From positions 4,888-68,887 of the forward strand of contig CAZSHF010000005.1 in assembly GCA_964606655.1 (NCBI GenBank): a DNA stretch of 64,000 nucleotides. Reading direction: 5' to 3'. Positions 37,806 through 47,930 of the stretch are shown in pieces. The position numbers and the translations under genes were made by a program. The DNA comes from an uncultured Treponema sp. Lineage in GTDB: Bacteria > Spirochaetota > Spirochaetia > Treponematales > Treponemataceae. Each line of letters opens with the position of its first letter. The stretch's first letter is position 1. A model generated the notes under the pieces. It was not told the DNA's origin. It saw only the letters and a list, made by a program, of their open reading frames with translations, and ran no database searches.

Positions 37806-40800
37806 TTATTCCTGCCACCAGCCGTATGCCGCAGATTTGAGCCAATAGTTTTTGTCATCGCCTATCTGAATCGGAAACCATTTTCTTCGTGTTTCCTTGT
37901 CGTTTGCAGAAATAATCTCAACGCCATCTTTTTTTACTGTAAGAGAAGAATCACTTTCGCAGGTCACATAAAGAACCACGTCTTTGTTTATTTTGTCTTC
38001 CGTATCAGCAATTTTCACTGTGACTTTGAAATCCTTGTCTCTGAATTTATCAAGATATGAATCAGAAGTTCCTTTTATTCTTATAGAAACATTGGACATT
38101 GAAACTGAAACAAAACTTGAATATTCGCCTGAAGGCGTAAGCATATTTCCAGCGTAATCCGACATACTTACAGATGCTATCCATTTTCCAATCTCTGAGC
38201 CAACCCAAACATAACTGCTATCACTAAAATTAGCCGTTCCTTTTGTAACCGGAGAAACAATATCTTTTTCATCAAGGTGTTTATAACGAGTACTTTCAAC
38301 GCCTGACAAATCTTCTTTTCCGCCGTTTTCAAGATAGAACGCGTAAGCAATATTCAGCATCGCTGATTTCACAAGCTCCTCGTCGCTTATCTGCCTGTAC
38401 CCGAAAACCTCGTCCGAGAAAACCGCTTCTTTTGCGGCAGCCTCGCCTGTTCCTCCGGATTCGTTTGATTCGCCTGAAGCCAAATCTTTTCTTGCGTTCA
38501 GAAGATTTGCCTCAATCTTGTAATATGTCTTTGCGGAACGCAGAACCTTTAAAATTCCGTCCGTACAGTTCGCTGTTCCTTTTGAAAGTCCGACAGGACT
38601 TAAAATCAAGTCCGAGCCGCTTTGCACAAGTTTTGTGTCGCCGCTTTTGTCGTCTTTAAGAATCCCCGAGGAATCAGCGTTCACAGAATATGTCTCGCTT
38701 CCGGCTCCGCTTCCGTCAAGAGGATTCTGGACTTTTATGTCAGCGAGCTTTATATATCCCATCGTTGTGTTCAAATTCTTTGCGCTTATCGAGAATGAAG
38801 AAGGACCGCGTCCGCGTTCTGCAAAATCCCAAGGCTTGTGCGAGACTTTTTCTGAATAGTAATATTCGTCTTTCTCGTATTCGCCGTCGCTTCCCAAAGT
38901 TCCATTGTAATCCGCCGAAAAATCAAGATAAAGAAGATAGCCTTTGTTCAGCTCTTCCGCGTTCGCATCCAGATCCGAATACCTTGCGTCAAACTTTTCA
39001 AGATGTTTTCTGTAAGTCTTTTTACAAGACAAGCCGAGCGAAGATGTGTTGTACTGGACCGCATAATAGTACGCTTTTGTTTTGTCCATTCCTGAAAGGC
39101 TGTCGTTGTAAGTTGTCGCGGAAACATTAAGCGAGCCGAGCCGTTCCCAGTTCTTTGAATCCGAGAAATCTTTTCCGTTTTCGATTCTGTAAATGTACGG
39201 AATCACATTCTGGTTTTCAAAAGGCCGTTCCCATGAGACCTGGACAGTTTTGGAGCTTTCCGCTTTGCTTGCCGAAACATTAAGCCCGTAGCCGAAAGTC
39301 GAAGCCTTCACGAACGCCGCGCTTTTCTCAATGTCCGAATACGAAACTCCGTCTGAATCGCCGCCGCCGAAATCGTTTCCGCCCACATTGAATTTAAACT
39401 CGTCGTCACCGGAAAGAACTGGAATGACAACATAAGCGAACGGAAGCCCAAGCGAAAGCTCACGCTGGCTTGAATTCGCATCGTCAAGACAATCAGAATC
39501 ATCAACATCGTTCAGATAAATGCGTCCGAGCCGTTTTGTGACATCAGAGCCTTCTTTCAGCTGTTTTTCGCCGTTCCGTTCCAAAGCAAGATTTTCTGAA
39601 TCAGCGGAATTTACAAAATATTCGGTATTTCCCTCTTTTGTTTCTGTTCCTTTGTTGTCGCTGTAAGGAATCCGGAAAACCTTGTAGCCTTTTGCGCCTT
39701 CAATTTCGTTCCAGCTGATTTTTATATTGTTCGCGGAGCTTCCGTCGGATTTCACGCCGAGTTCGGCAGGCCCGAAAGTTCTTGCCGATATTGAAGCGGT
39801 TGTCGTGTTGTCCTCTGCGCATTTTGTGTTTTCCGCTTTTACAGAAAGAACTATTTCTTTTCCGGATTTTGTCGCGTCTGAATATCCGTCGGGCATTGAG
39901 ATGACGCAGGAATAAGTTCTGTTTGCCTGAGGAGTTTCATCGGTTGCGAACTCGGTGATTGTCGTGTTTGATGTTTCGCCTGCCGAAGGATTTTCATTGG
40001 GATTCTCTGAAATCGGGCTAGGCTCGTTTGATTTTACGCAGACGATTTCGCCTTTCACAAGATTTGTCTTTTTTTCCGAATCGTCAGCATAATACGCTTC
40101 AACAGAATATTTTTCCGCTTTCTGAACCGCTTTCCAGACAACCGAAATGTTTTTGTAATCAAGTTTGTTCACGCTGGCGTTCACTGTTCCAAGCGTCATT
40201 GAAACGCTTTCGGCGTCTTTTGTCGTCTGCAGGTCTTTTTTTGCAATCAGGCTGTATTTTCTTGCGTCGCCGCTTTGCGCTTTGTGCTCGAATTTTGCGA
40301 TTTTCTTTTCCGTCTCCGTTCCGCTCGTGTTCACTGTGAACAGATTTTCAGTTTGGCTTCCGGATTCAGTTCCGCTTGTTCCGCTTTCAGAGTTGTTCGC
40401 GCCGTTTTCAGTTTTCTTTTCATTGAGCGAGATTATGTGCTTTTCGTCGGATTTCGGCTGGCCTGAAAGCCCGTCGTATTCAATCCATTGAAGAAAATAC
40501 GAATATGAAGAATCGTAAGACCATTCAAGGACATACTTTGACGCAAATCCGTCTGAAACCGTGAAACTTTCGATTTTCGGAAGTTTTGTCGCGTCGTCTG
40601 TGACTGTAAGCTCGCCGGAAGAAACCGCCACAGAATAATATCCGCTTTCAGAGGAAGGAATTTCTGTAGCGCCGGAAGGACAGATATAAACCTTGAATGA
40701 ATAATAGCCTTGATTTTCAGAAACGCTTATGAAAGATGAGCCATAGTTTTTTGAAAAAGCGTTCACTTCCTCGACAGAATCAAAAAGTCCAAGCAGGGTT

Positions 40801-42251
40801 TCAGGACCGGAAGAACCCGCATTTTCAGCTTTGCTTTCGGAAGAAACCGCGCTTTCTCCTGTGGTTTCAGCAGAAAACGCGCGTCGGCTTGAAGCCAGAA
40901 TGTATTTATAGAAATTATCTGAATCCAGACCGAAATCCTCAAAATCAAAATTAAGCGCCAGGCTTATTGAAGAGAATTTGTTTGAATCGGTTTTGTCAAT
41001 CTCGTAATCAGGCGAAAGCTCAAGCGACGGATTTGAAATCAGCCAGCCTTCGCTTTCCGCGACGCTTGAATCCGAGCTTATGATTTTGCTTCCCGCGTCG
41101 TCAGTGTAAGAACGGATTCTGTAAGTGTATTTTTTTCCAGACTCGACAGCTTTGTCGCTGTAAGTGAGCCGTGCGCCTGGAATGTAATCCGGATAATTTG
41201 CGACCGCGTTTTCTTTGTCCGTTCCTTGAACCGAAACCTTCAGGTTTCCGAATTCCGCGCCAGTTCCGCAATTAAAATAAATTTCGCTTTTAGAAGATGA
41301 GCCTGAAGACGGCTCTGAAGCAGAAGAAGACGAGCCTTTTCTGCAAGTTCCTATGTAAGAGGCGAGAACCTTGTATTCGTCTTCGGTTTCGGAAGAAAGT
41401 TTTCTTTCAAGTGAAAAATAAATCGGATGCTCTTCAAAATTGTCTCCTGAGACTTTTATGTCGACCGCTTCCGGCAAAGTCCAGGACACATTTATTCCCT
41501 CGGAAGATTTTCCGGTTCCTCTTGAACATTCAAGGTTTTCCGGCGGATTCGGAGTTGTGCGGCGAGCGGTTTCGGCGTCGTAAAAATCGCTTGACTCAGA
41601 GCCGTATTCGCCGACAGAAGCGACAACCTGATAATAATAAACCGACTTGTTTTTAAGATTGTAGAATGTGACGCTTGAATCAGAGCCGCTTGCAGTCTTT
41701 TCGTCCGCAATCTGTGTCTTGTCGCCTTCGTAGCAGATGATTTTAAAGCTTACAGAATCTTTGTAAGTCGAGGATTTGCAGTTTCCCATCCACCAGCGGA
41801 CTTGCGCGGAAGTCCCGTCTTTTCCAAGGGAAATGTCAGTTATGTTTGGAATATCAAGCGACGAGCCTTGGACATAACTGCTGAAAACAGATTCCTCGTC
41901 CTCGAACGAAACCGCGCTCACAAAAAACCACAGGGTTTTTCCGGCGGAAACCGACAGACTGAATTCCGCCTCGTTTCCGGAAGTCTCTCCAAATCTGCAA
42001 AAATCGTCGAACGGAGAAGAAGCCGAATAAATTCTGTACTGTTTTGCGTTCTGCACAGAATCCCAGCTGAGCGTGATTTTCCTGAAATCGCCGTTGGTCG
42101 CGTAAACATTTTTAGGCGGCTCGATTGAACGTTCGGCGACGTTTATTTCATTTGTGTTCGGATTAACCAAAAAAGGATTCACACAGGAAACCGCAAGAAG
42201 AAGGCACACGGCAAGTCCAGACAAGAAAAAAGGACGGATAAGATTTTTCAT
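37806..42251 (-). CDS. Large fibronectin type III repeat lipoprotein (1481 aa)
   Basis: Lipobox AVSC; multiple FN3 motifs. Confidence 0.85.
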   Translation of the reverse strand: MKNLIRPFFLSGLAVCLLLAVSCVNPFLVNPNTNEINVAERSIEPPKNVYATNGDFRKITLSWDSVQNAKQYRIYSASSPFDDFCRFGETSGNEAEFSLSVSAGKTLWFFVSAVSFEDEESVFSSYVQGSSLDIPNITDISLGKDGTSAQVRWWMGNCKSSTYKDSVSFKIICYEGDKTQIADEKTASGSDSSVTFYNLKNKSVYYYQVVASVGEYGSESSDFYDAETARRTTPNPPENLECSRGTGKSSEGINVSWTLPEAVDIKVSGDNFEEHPIYFSLERKLSSETEDEYKVLASYIGTCRKGSSSSASEPSSGSSSKSEIYFNCGTGAEFGNLKVSVQGTDKENAVANYPDYIPGARLTYSDKAVESGKKYTYRIRSYTDDAGSKIISSDSSVAESEGWLISNPSLELSPDYEIDKTDSNKFSSISLALNFDFEDFGLDSDNFYKYILASSRRAFSAETTGESAVSSESKAENAGSSGPETLLGLFDSVEEVNAFSKNYGSSFISVSENQGYYSFKVYICPSGATEIPSSESGYYSVAVSSGELTVTDDATKLPKIESFTVSDGFASKYVLEWSYDSSYSYFLQWIEYDGLSGQPKSDEKHIISLNEKKTENGANNSESGTSGTESGSQTENLFTVNTSGTETEKKIAKFEHKAQSGDARKYSLIAKKDLQTTKDAESVSMTLGTVNASVNKLDYKNISVVWKAVQKAEKYSVEAYYADDSEKKTNLVKGEIVCVKSNEPSPISENPNENPSAGETSNTTITEFATDETPQANRTYSCVISMPDGYSDATKSGKEIVLSVKAENTKCAEDNTTTASISARTFGPAELGVKSDGSSANNIKISWNEIEGAKGYKVFRIPYSDNKGTETKEGNTEYFVNSADSENLALERNGEKQLKEGSDVTKRLGRIYLNDVDDSDCLDDANSSQRELSLGLPFAYVVIPVLSGDDEFKFNVGGNDFGGGDSDGVSYSDIEKSAAFVKASTFGYGLNVSASKAESSKTVQVSWERPFENQNVIPYIYRIENGKDFSDSKNWERLGSLNVSATTYNDSLSGMDKTKAYYYAVQYNTSSLGLSCKKTYRKHLEKFDARYSDLDANAEELNKGYLLYLDFSADYNGTLGSDGEYEKDEYYYSEKVSHKPWDFAERGRGPSSFSISAKNLNTTMGYIKLADIKVQNPLDGSGAGSETYSVNADSSGILKDDKSGDTKLVQSGSDLILSPVGLSKGTANCTDGILKVLRSAKTYYKIEANLLNARKDLASGESNESGGTGEAAAKEAVFSDEVFGYRQISDEELVKSAMLNIAYAFYLENGGKEDLSGVESTRYKHLDEKDIVSPVTKGTANFSDSSYVWVGSEIGKWIASVSMSDYAGNMLTPSGEYSSFVSVSMSNVSIRIKGTSDSYLDKFRDKDFKVTVKIADTEDKINKDVVLYVTCESDSSLTVKKDGVEIISANDKETRRKWFPIQIGDDKNYWLKSAAYGWWQE

Positions 42252-42452
42252 AAGACACCTGAAAGCATTTTTCTGCTTTTCTGACAGATTTTATGAAAGT
42301 GTAAGATTTATTGAAAAAAATGTCTATGCGCAAAGAAACATATGTCAAAGAAACATGGGCTGTTTGAAAAAAACGCCGCGCAAGGCAAAAAGCGATTGCA
42401 CAGCGTTTTGAATTTATTGAAAAATGCAAAATTCAAGGTTTTTCGAGATGCC

Positions 42453-42484
42453 CTGCCTCAGATTAAAGCCTTAATCTGAGGCAG
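42453..42484. terminator. Perfect 14-bp hairpin after the FGE gene
   Basis: CTGCCTCAGATTAA-AGCC-TTAATCTGAGGCAG. Confidence 0.65.
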
Positions 42485-42488
42485 AAAA

Positions 42489-43658
42489 TCATTCAAGTAT
42501 CAGAGAACGGGCAAGGCGGAATCCGACTTCCCTTGTAACGGAGTTGTCTCCATAAGACGTGCCGTCGTTTTTGCTCAAATCAATATCTTTAGATGAATAA
42601 ACACGGCAGTCTCCCGCTTCGCTTTTGTAGTCACCGCCGAAGACAGTCCGTAATTTGTAACCGGTTGAACCTAATGTAACTTTATCGTAAACCCATTCGT
42701 AGACATTTCCGCTCATATCGTAAAGCCCTGCGGAATTCGCGGTCTTTGTTTTTACAGCCGCTTTGGAAGACGAATTATCCTTGTAGACCGCGTAGTCTTT
42801 AAGGCTCGTCTCTTCATTTGTGCCAGCCCAATAATAGCGCCATTCCTGAGCGGAAGGATTTCCTCCGCGCGCGGCAAACTCCCATTCCGCTTTTGTAGGA
42901 AGCCTGTAGCCGTTCGCGATTGCGTCAACATAAGCATCTTCCGTGTTTGAGCTCACGGCGCGGACTGGCGTTTTGTCATTTGCAGACTTGACATAAACAG
43001 GCGAAAGATTTTCTTTTTCGCTTGCCGCGTTGCACCAGACCACAGCATCGCGCCAGCTGATTTTTGAGACAGGAACATTATCATCAGTTTCAAGAGAACC
43101 GTTGCTTCCTGTGTTCTGGAAAGTGTATTTATTATCCCCGCGGTCCGAACTTATCGCCCAGTCGTAGACTTCTTTCCATTTTGAATATGTAAGTTCTGTT
43201 TCCGCGATATAATACGGAGAAGCCACAGAAACTTCTGTGTCTGTTCCGCTCTTTATGAGGACAAATCCTTCCGGCGTTGTCGTTTTGCTTGAGTCTATCA
43301 CCGAAACAGTAAAATCCGCCGTTTTGGTAACTCCGCGTTCTGTGTAGCTGACTGTCACAGTTTTAGTTCCCTGTGACGCAGAGTCAAATCCGCTTGTTGT
43401 CCATCCTGTGACTGAACCTTCTTTGTAATCTTCATAGCGTGCGGTAACAACCATTCCGGAAGTGTCAAGCTCTTCTCCCACGTTGTAAATCGTTTTTTCA
43501 GGCGGAGTGGAAATCCTTATATCCATAAGAGGAAATTCGCTTATGCCGCTGCCGGCATCTGGATTGCTTGTTTCTCCGATACAGCCTGAAAACAAAAGAG
43601 CGGACAGAACAAATGCCGCTCCCAATAGAACATGGAACAATTTGATTTTCTTTTCCAT
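42489..43658 (-). CDS. Lipoprotein with bacterial Ig-like (Big_3) and FGE-sulfatase/CLec domain
   Basis: Lipobox FSGC; PPEKTIYNVGEELDTSGMVVTARY; YRLPTKAEWEFAARGG, GLYDMSGNVYEW, GFRLARS. Confidence 0.9.
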   Translation of the reverse strand: MEKKIKLFHVLLGAAFVLSALLFSGCIGETSNPDAGSGISEFPLMDIRISTPPEKTIYNVGEELDTSGMVVTARYEDYKEGSVTGWTTSGFDSASQGTKTVTVSYTERGVTKTADFTVSVIDSSKTTTPEGFVLIKSGTDTEVSVASPYYIAETELTYSKWKEVYDWAISSDRGDNKYTFQNTGSNGSLETDDNVPVSKISWRDAVVWCNAASEKENLSPVYVKSANDKTPVRAVSSNTEDAYVDAIANGYRLPTKAEWEFAARGGNPSAQEWRYYWAGTNEETSLKDYAVYKDNSSSKAAVKTKTANSAGLYDMSGNVYEWVYDKVTLGSTGYKLRTVFGGDYKSEAGDCRVYSSKDIDLSKNDGTSYGDNSVTREVGFRLARSLILE

Positions 43659-43694
43659 ATGCTTTCTCCTGAAATATGTAAAGATGTTTAAAAT

Positions 43695-43842
43695 AAAAAA
43701 GCCAGATTGCTCAAAAATCAGAGAATCTGACAGTATGATGTTTAATCAAAGATGTGATACGCCCTTGGCTGAATGGATTCGCTCTTTTCAAGCAAAGAAC
43801 CTTTTATGGATTCATTATATTACGTAAAAATCCAGTTTGCAA
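43695..43842 (-). promoter_or_regulatory. Promoter + ~110-nt leader + intrinsic terminator (attenuator or sRNA)
   Basis: Minus strand TTGCAA(43842-43837)-17-TATAAT(43819-43814); GTCAGATT.CTC...GAG.AATCTGGC-T6 ending about 43695. Confidence 0.6.
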
Positions 43843-43843
43843 C

Positions 43844-44749
43844 TTAATTCTCCTGGCTGTTCCGGGAATAAATTATCTCACATTCAAAAGAGCGTTCTCC
43901 GCTGGACGCGATTTTTCCTTCGACAAGAACACTTTTTTTTCCGCTGTGCTGATTTTCCGCATTTCGGCTGACTGAATTCTTTTCTGCTGCACTTTGTCCG
44001 TCCGGGCTTTCCTCTGCGGATTCGCCAGGGAAAAAAGCGTTCACCTGCATTGTGTCGCCCTTTCTGATTTCCTTGCAGAAATTTATCCTGAAATCCGAAA
44101 TATGTTTTTTCTGGTATTCTTCAGGAAGAAAATCCAGCGCGAAATTTATGTACTTCGCGTTTGTAAGATGTCCGTTTCCGTCAATCATTGAAGAAAGTAT
44201 TTTCTGGTCGCCTAAATGCTCAAGGTTTTCCGGAATCTTGATTCGTCCTGGCTTTAAAACTGATTCCGAAGAGGCGGAACTTTCAGAAGAAGAGGATGCA
44301 GGTGTTGCAAGGAATTCAAAATTCGCAGGAAAGACAACCGCGCGGGTTTCAGGATTCACGATTACCCAAAGGCTTTTTCCTTCAATCAAAAGTTCGCCGC
44401 TTTTCAAATCCCTGAACTCGTAATGCCGCATAAGCTGAACGCCTTCAGGCTTTTCTTCTTTCACTGTTACTGAAACCTCGTCGTTCTCGACCGGAAGCCG
44501 GTTTATGTGAAAGCTCGAGCGCGAGACCATCTGCGCGTATCCGTGTTCCGAAAGAAAACCGCGGCTCTGTCCGCGGCGAGCGTAAAGGTCGGTGACAAAA
44601 TCCGCGCAGTATTCCATCACTTCTGCAAGATGAATCCGCTTGTCTGGACCGCACTGACCGAAAAGAATTTTTGTTTCCGCCGTAAGTTTGCTTCCGTCCG
44701 AAGAAAGCTCCGCTTTGTAAATGTTCTTAAAATTGCCTTTGTCTGTCAT
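43844..44749 (-). CDS. Acyl-ACP thioesterase
   Basis: Double hot-dog fold; IDGNGHLTNAKY, INFCKE. Confidence 0.85.
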   Translation of the reverse strand: MTDKGNFKNIYKAELSSDGSKLTAETKILFGQCGPDKRIHLAEVMEYCADFVTDLYARRGQSRGFLSEHGYAQMVSRSSFHINRLPVENDEVSVTVKEEKPEGVQLMRHYEFRDLKSGELLIEGKSLWVIVNPETRAVVFPANFEFLATPASSSSESSASSESVLKPGRIKIPENLEHLGDQKILSSMIDGNGHLTNAKYINFALDFLPEEYQKKHISDFRINFCKEIRKGDTMQVNAFFPGESAEESPDGQSAAEKNSVSRNAENQHSGKKSVLVEGKIASSGERSFECEIIYSRNSQEN

Positions 44750-44769
44750 AAAACCTCGTTCAAAACTTC

Positions 44770-46200
44770 TCAAGAGTTTTCAAGGATTCTGTTCATCGCG
44801 TAGATTCCAGAAGCTGCCGCGTGCGAAAGCGAATGCGTGATTCCCGAGCCGTCGCCCACAATATACATTCCTTTTTTGCTTTCGATTTCAAGATTCTTGT
44901 CGACTTTCACTTCCGTATTGTAGAATTTGACTTCAACTCCGTACAGAAGAGTGTCGTCGTTCGCAGTTCCCGGAGCGATTTTATCAAGCGCGTGAAGCAT
45001 TTCGATTATATCATCCAGAATCCGCTTTGGAAGGACAAGGCTTAAATCGCCTGGACAAGCCTTTAAAGTCGGCCGGATTGTCGCGCGGTTTATTCTGTCC
45101 GAAGTGCTTCTCTGTCCTCTTTCCAAGTCGCCAAGACGCTGGACAATTACTCCGCCGCCGAGCATATTTGAAAGGCGGACAATCGATTCGCCGTATTCGT
45201 TTGAGTTGTTGAAAGGCTCGGTGAAATGCTGGCTCACAAGAAGCGCGAAATTCGTGTTGTCGCTTTTCTTTCCGTCGTCCGAATTTGAATGTCCGTTCAC
45301 TGTGACAATTCCGTTAGTGTTCTCATTCACGACAAATCCGTAAGGATTCATGCAGAAAGTGCGAACATTGTCCTGATATTTTTCCGTCGTGTAGACAATT
45401 TTGCTTTCATAGACTTTGTCAGTTATGTCGGAAAAAACCTCAGCAGGAAGCTCGACGCGGACTCCGATGTCAACGCGGTTTGATTCAGTGAGAATGTCGT
45501 GCGCCTTGCAGTAATTTTCAAGCCAGTGAGAGCCGGAACGCCCGACAGCGATTATAACATTCTTTGCCGAATAAGGAGTTTTATCTTTTGCAGTGTAGAT
45601 TTTGAATTTGTTCTCTTCGATGACAGGCATATCCATAAGAATATCTTTTACTTCCGTGTCGAAAAGAAAGTCGATTCCGTTCTCTTCTAAAAAACCGTGC
45701 AGGACAGAAAGAATCTTGTAGTTCAAGTCAGTTCCCAGATGCCTGACTTCCGCGGAAAGAAGATGAAGCCCTTTTCTTGTGCAGTCTTTTTTCAAATCAT
45801 AATCAGTGACAAACATTTTCGGATAACTTGATGCAGTTTTTTTTGTAAGGCTTTCGTTTATCGCGTCGACCTCGTGCATTAAATTCATCGCGGCGTCTTT
45901 TCCGATTTTTTCCCAGAGAGTTCCGCCGAATTCATTTGTGATGTTGAATTTTCCGTCTGAATACGCGCCCGCTCCGCCTTCGCCTGACATTATCGAACAG
46001 GGCGAGCATTTTATGCAGCTTGGAACTTTGCCTTCTGTTATCGGACATTTCCGTTCTGAAAGGGAATGTCCTTTGTCGATTACAAGAACTTTTCCGCCCT
46101 TCCCTTTTCCTGCGTTTTTTTTCGCGTATTCATAGGCGGCATAAAGTCCGGCAGGACCTGCTCCAACAATTATGATGTCGTATTTTCTGTCTGATTCCAT
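44770..46200 (-). CDS. NAD(P)/FAD-dependent oxidoreductase
   Basis: IIVGAGPAG, GEGGAGAYSDGK, VRTFCMNP, VNGHS, GDGSG. Confidence 0.9.
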   Translation of the reverse strand: MESDRKYDIIIVGAGPAGLYAAYEYAKKNAGKGKGGKVLVIDKGHSLSERKCPITEGKVPSCIKCSPCSIMSGEGGAGAYSDGKFNITNEFGGTLWEKIGKDAAMNLMHEVDAINESLTKKTASSYPKMFVTDYDLKKDCTRKGLHLLSAEVRHLGTDLNYKILSVLHGFLEENGIDFLFDTEVKDILMDMPVIEENKFKIYTAKDKTPYSAKNVIIAVGRSGSHWLENYCKAHDILTESNRVDIGVRVELPAEVFSDITDKVYESKIVYTTEKYQDNVRTFCMNPYGFVVNENTNGIVTVNGHSNSDDGKKSDNTNFALLVSQHFTEPFNNSNEYGESIVRLSNMLGGGVIVQRLGDLERGQRSTSDRINRATIRPTLKACPGDLSLVLPKRILDDIIEMLHALDKIAPGTANDDTLLYGVEVKFYNTEVKVDKNLEIESKKGMYIVGDGSGITHSLSHAAASGIYAMNRILENS

Positions 46201-46298
46201 GTTTTTTCCTGTTTTCTGTTTCGCTTCTTTCTAGCCCGTAATTTTCAGTTCATTCTGTCTAAATTTATTCCGCCACGTTTTATTTTGACGCGATTCGT

Positions 46299-46703
46299 TC
46301 AAGCAAGATTCATCTCGTCGCATAGAATCTCGACCGCATTATAAACGCAATCCTTGCATTCGCAGAGGACTTTTCCGCTTCCGACTCCTTTTAAATCCTT
46401 GCAGATTGTAGCGCCGCTTTTTTCATTGAATGATTTAAGCATTCTGTTTGCAAGCCGGACAGTTCCTTTTCCGCCGGACAGAATTCCTGCCGCAATCACA
46501 GAACCGATTAACGCTCCGCAAGTTGATTCAAGGCTTCCCATTCCTGCGGCAAATCCCGCGCCGATTCTCATGATTTCAAAATCGTCAAGATTCAGCTTGT
46601 CCTGAAAAACTTTTAGAACAGACTGAGTGCAGTTGCATTCTCCGCTCGATTTTAGAAAAGCCGCTTTTTCCGCGCGTTCCTTTGCCGTAAGACTCAAATC
46701 CAT
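46299..46703 (-). CDS. C_GCAxxG_C_C family redox protein
   Basis: NCTQSV, GFAAGMG, TCGALIG, TICKDLKG, CKDCV. Confidence 0.9.
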   Translation of the reverse strand: MDLSLTAKERAEKAAFLKSSGECNCTQSVLKVFQDKLNLDDFEIMRIGAGFAAGMGSLESTCGALIGSVIAAGILSGGKGTVRLANRMLKSFNEKSGATICKDLKGVGSGKVLCECKDCVYNAVEILCDEMNLA

Positions 46704-46822
46704 AATTTCTCCTGCGACGAAATATTTTTCCGAACGCTAATTATAATCCAAGTGAGATTTTATTTCGACTTTTTTTTACACGAGTTTTTTTTTGAGGAAG
46801 TTTTTTTTCAACAGTTGGAGTT

Positions 46823-47806
46823 TTATTGTAAAGTGATTACGATTTTTCCGTTCGTCTTGTGAGAATCCAAATCAAGAAGAGCATCGCGGATATTCTCAAA
46901 TTTATAAACCGCACCAACCAAAGGCTTTAGGTTATGATTTTCCAGAAAACCGAAAATCTCGCCGATGACTTTTTGAGAAGGCCAGTTTGAGTGAAATCCC
47001 GTAAGATAAGCACCGTTCGGAATCTGCTGAATCGGATAAAAATCGCTGATTCCAAAATCGCCGCCCAAAACTCCTGTGTGGCAGCAGATTCCGCCGGAAG
47101 AAAGACACTGAAGGCTGTCAACAATTGTTTTTCCGCCGATAAGCTCAAGTATTTTTGTGACTCCGCTTGTCTTTTCAGAAAGCGGACCGTCGCTCAAATC
47201 GCCTTTATCCAAAATACATTCATCAACGCCGGCTTCTTCAAGAAGAGAAATTTTCTCCTTTCTATGTGTTGTTGCCGCAACTTCGCATCCGTAAGCTTTG
47301 GCAAGCTGAACTGCGACATAACCCAAAGCGCAAGTTCCTCCACGAATCAAAAGCTTGTCGTCTTTCTTAAGCTGTAGATTCTGGAAAAGCGAACCCCAGG
47401 CAGTGTAATAAGTTTCAGGAACTGCCGCCATTTCTGTCCAGTCCAAGGAAGTTTCGACAGAAAAAACATGATGGGAAGGAAGAAGAGCATATTCCGCGTA
47501 GCTTCCGTTGAAGCTTCTTCCCATTCCGCCCATAAGAGCCGCAACTTTCTGCCCTTTCTTGAAATCCGAATCAGAAGAATCCGCGATTTCTCCGACACAT
47601 TCGATTCCGGGAATCACCGGCTTCTGGATATAATCGCGCTCGATTTCGTATTCACGCAGAATCTGTTCAGAATGATTAAGCCCGAACGCGCGGATTTTCA
47701 CCAGAACCCAGCCAGACTGAACGGCAGGAACCGGAACTTCGCTTAGAACAATATCTTCAGCCTTTGTCGGCTTTGAAAACAAAACAGCTTTCATAATTTC
47801 TCCCAT
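46823..47806 (-). CDS. Zinc-binding dehydrogenase / quinone oxidoreductase (MDR family)
   Basis: AFGLNHSE, PGIECVG, GSYAEY, LIRGGT.ALG. Confidence 0.88.
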   Translation of the reverse strand: MGEIMKAVLFSKPTKAEDIVLSEVPVPAVQSGWVLVKIRAFGLNHSEQILREYEIERDYIQKPVIPGIECVGEIADSSDSDFKKGQKVAALMGGMGRSFNGSYAEYALLPSHHVFSVETSLDWTEMAAVPETYYTAWGSLFQNLQLKKDDKLLIRGGTCALGYVAVQLAKAYGCEVAATTHRKEKISLLEEAGVDECILDKGDLSDGPLSEKTSGVTKILELIGGKTIVDSLQCLSSGGICCHTGVLGGDFGISDFYPIQQIPNGAYLTGFHSNWPSQKVIGEIFGFLENHNLKPLVGAVYKFENIRDALLDLDSHKTNGKIVITLQ

Positions 47807-47930
47807 AAAAATAATAAAAATAAAAAATTCGGCACGTCGGCTCTCTGCAAAAATAATACATACAGAAATTTGGTTCGTGAAATGAATTCATGTTATAATT
47901 GATAAAAAATCGGAATGAATGGAGAGAGAA

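Noticed and set aside
42489-43658. FGE/CLec genes (also 61066-61733) as diversity-generating retroelement targets
   Set aside because: No reverse transcriptase and no template repeat differing at adenines was seen in the window; a remote DGR cannot be excluded
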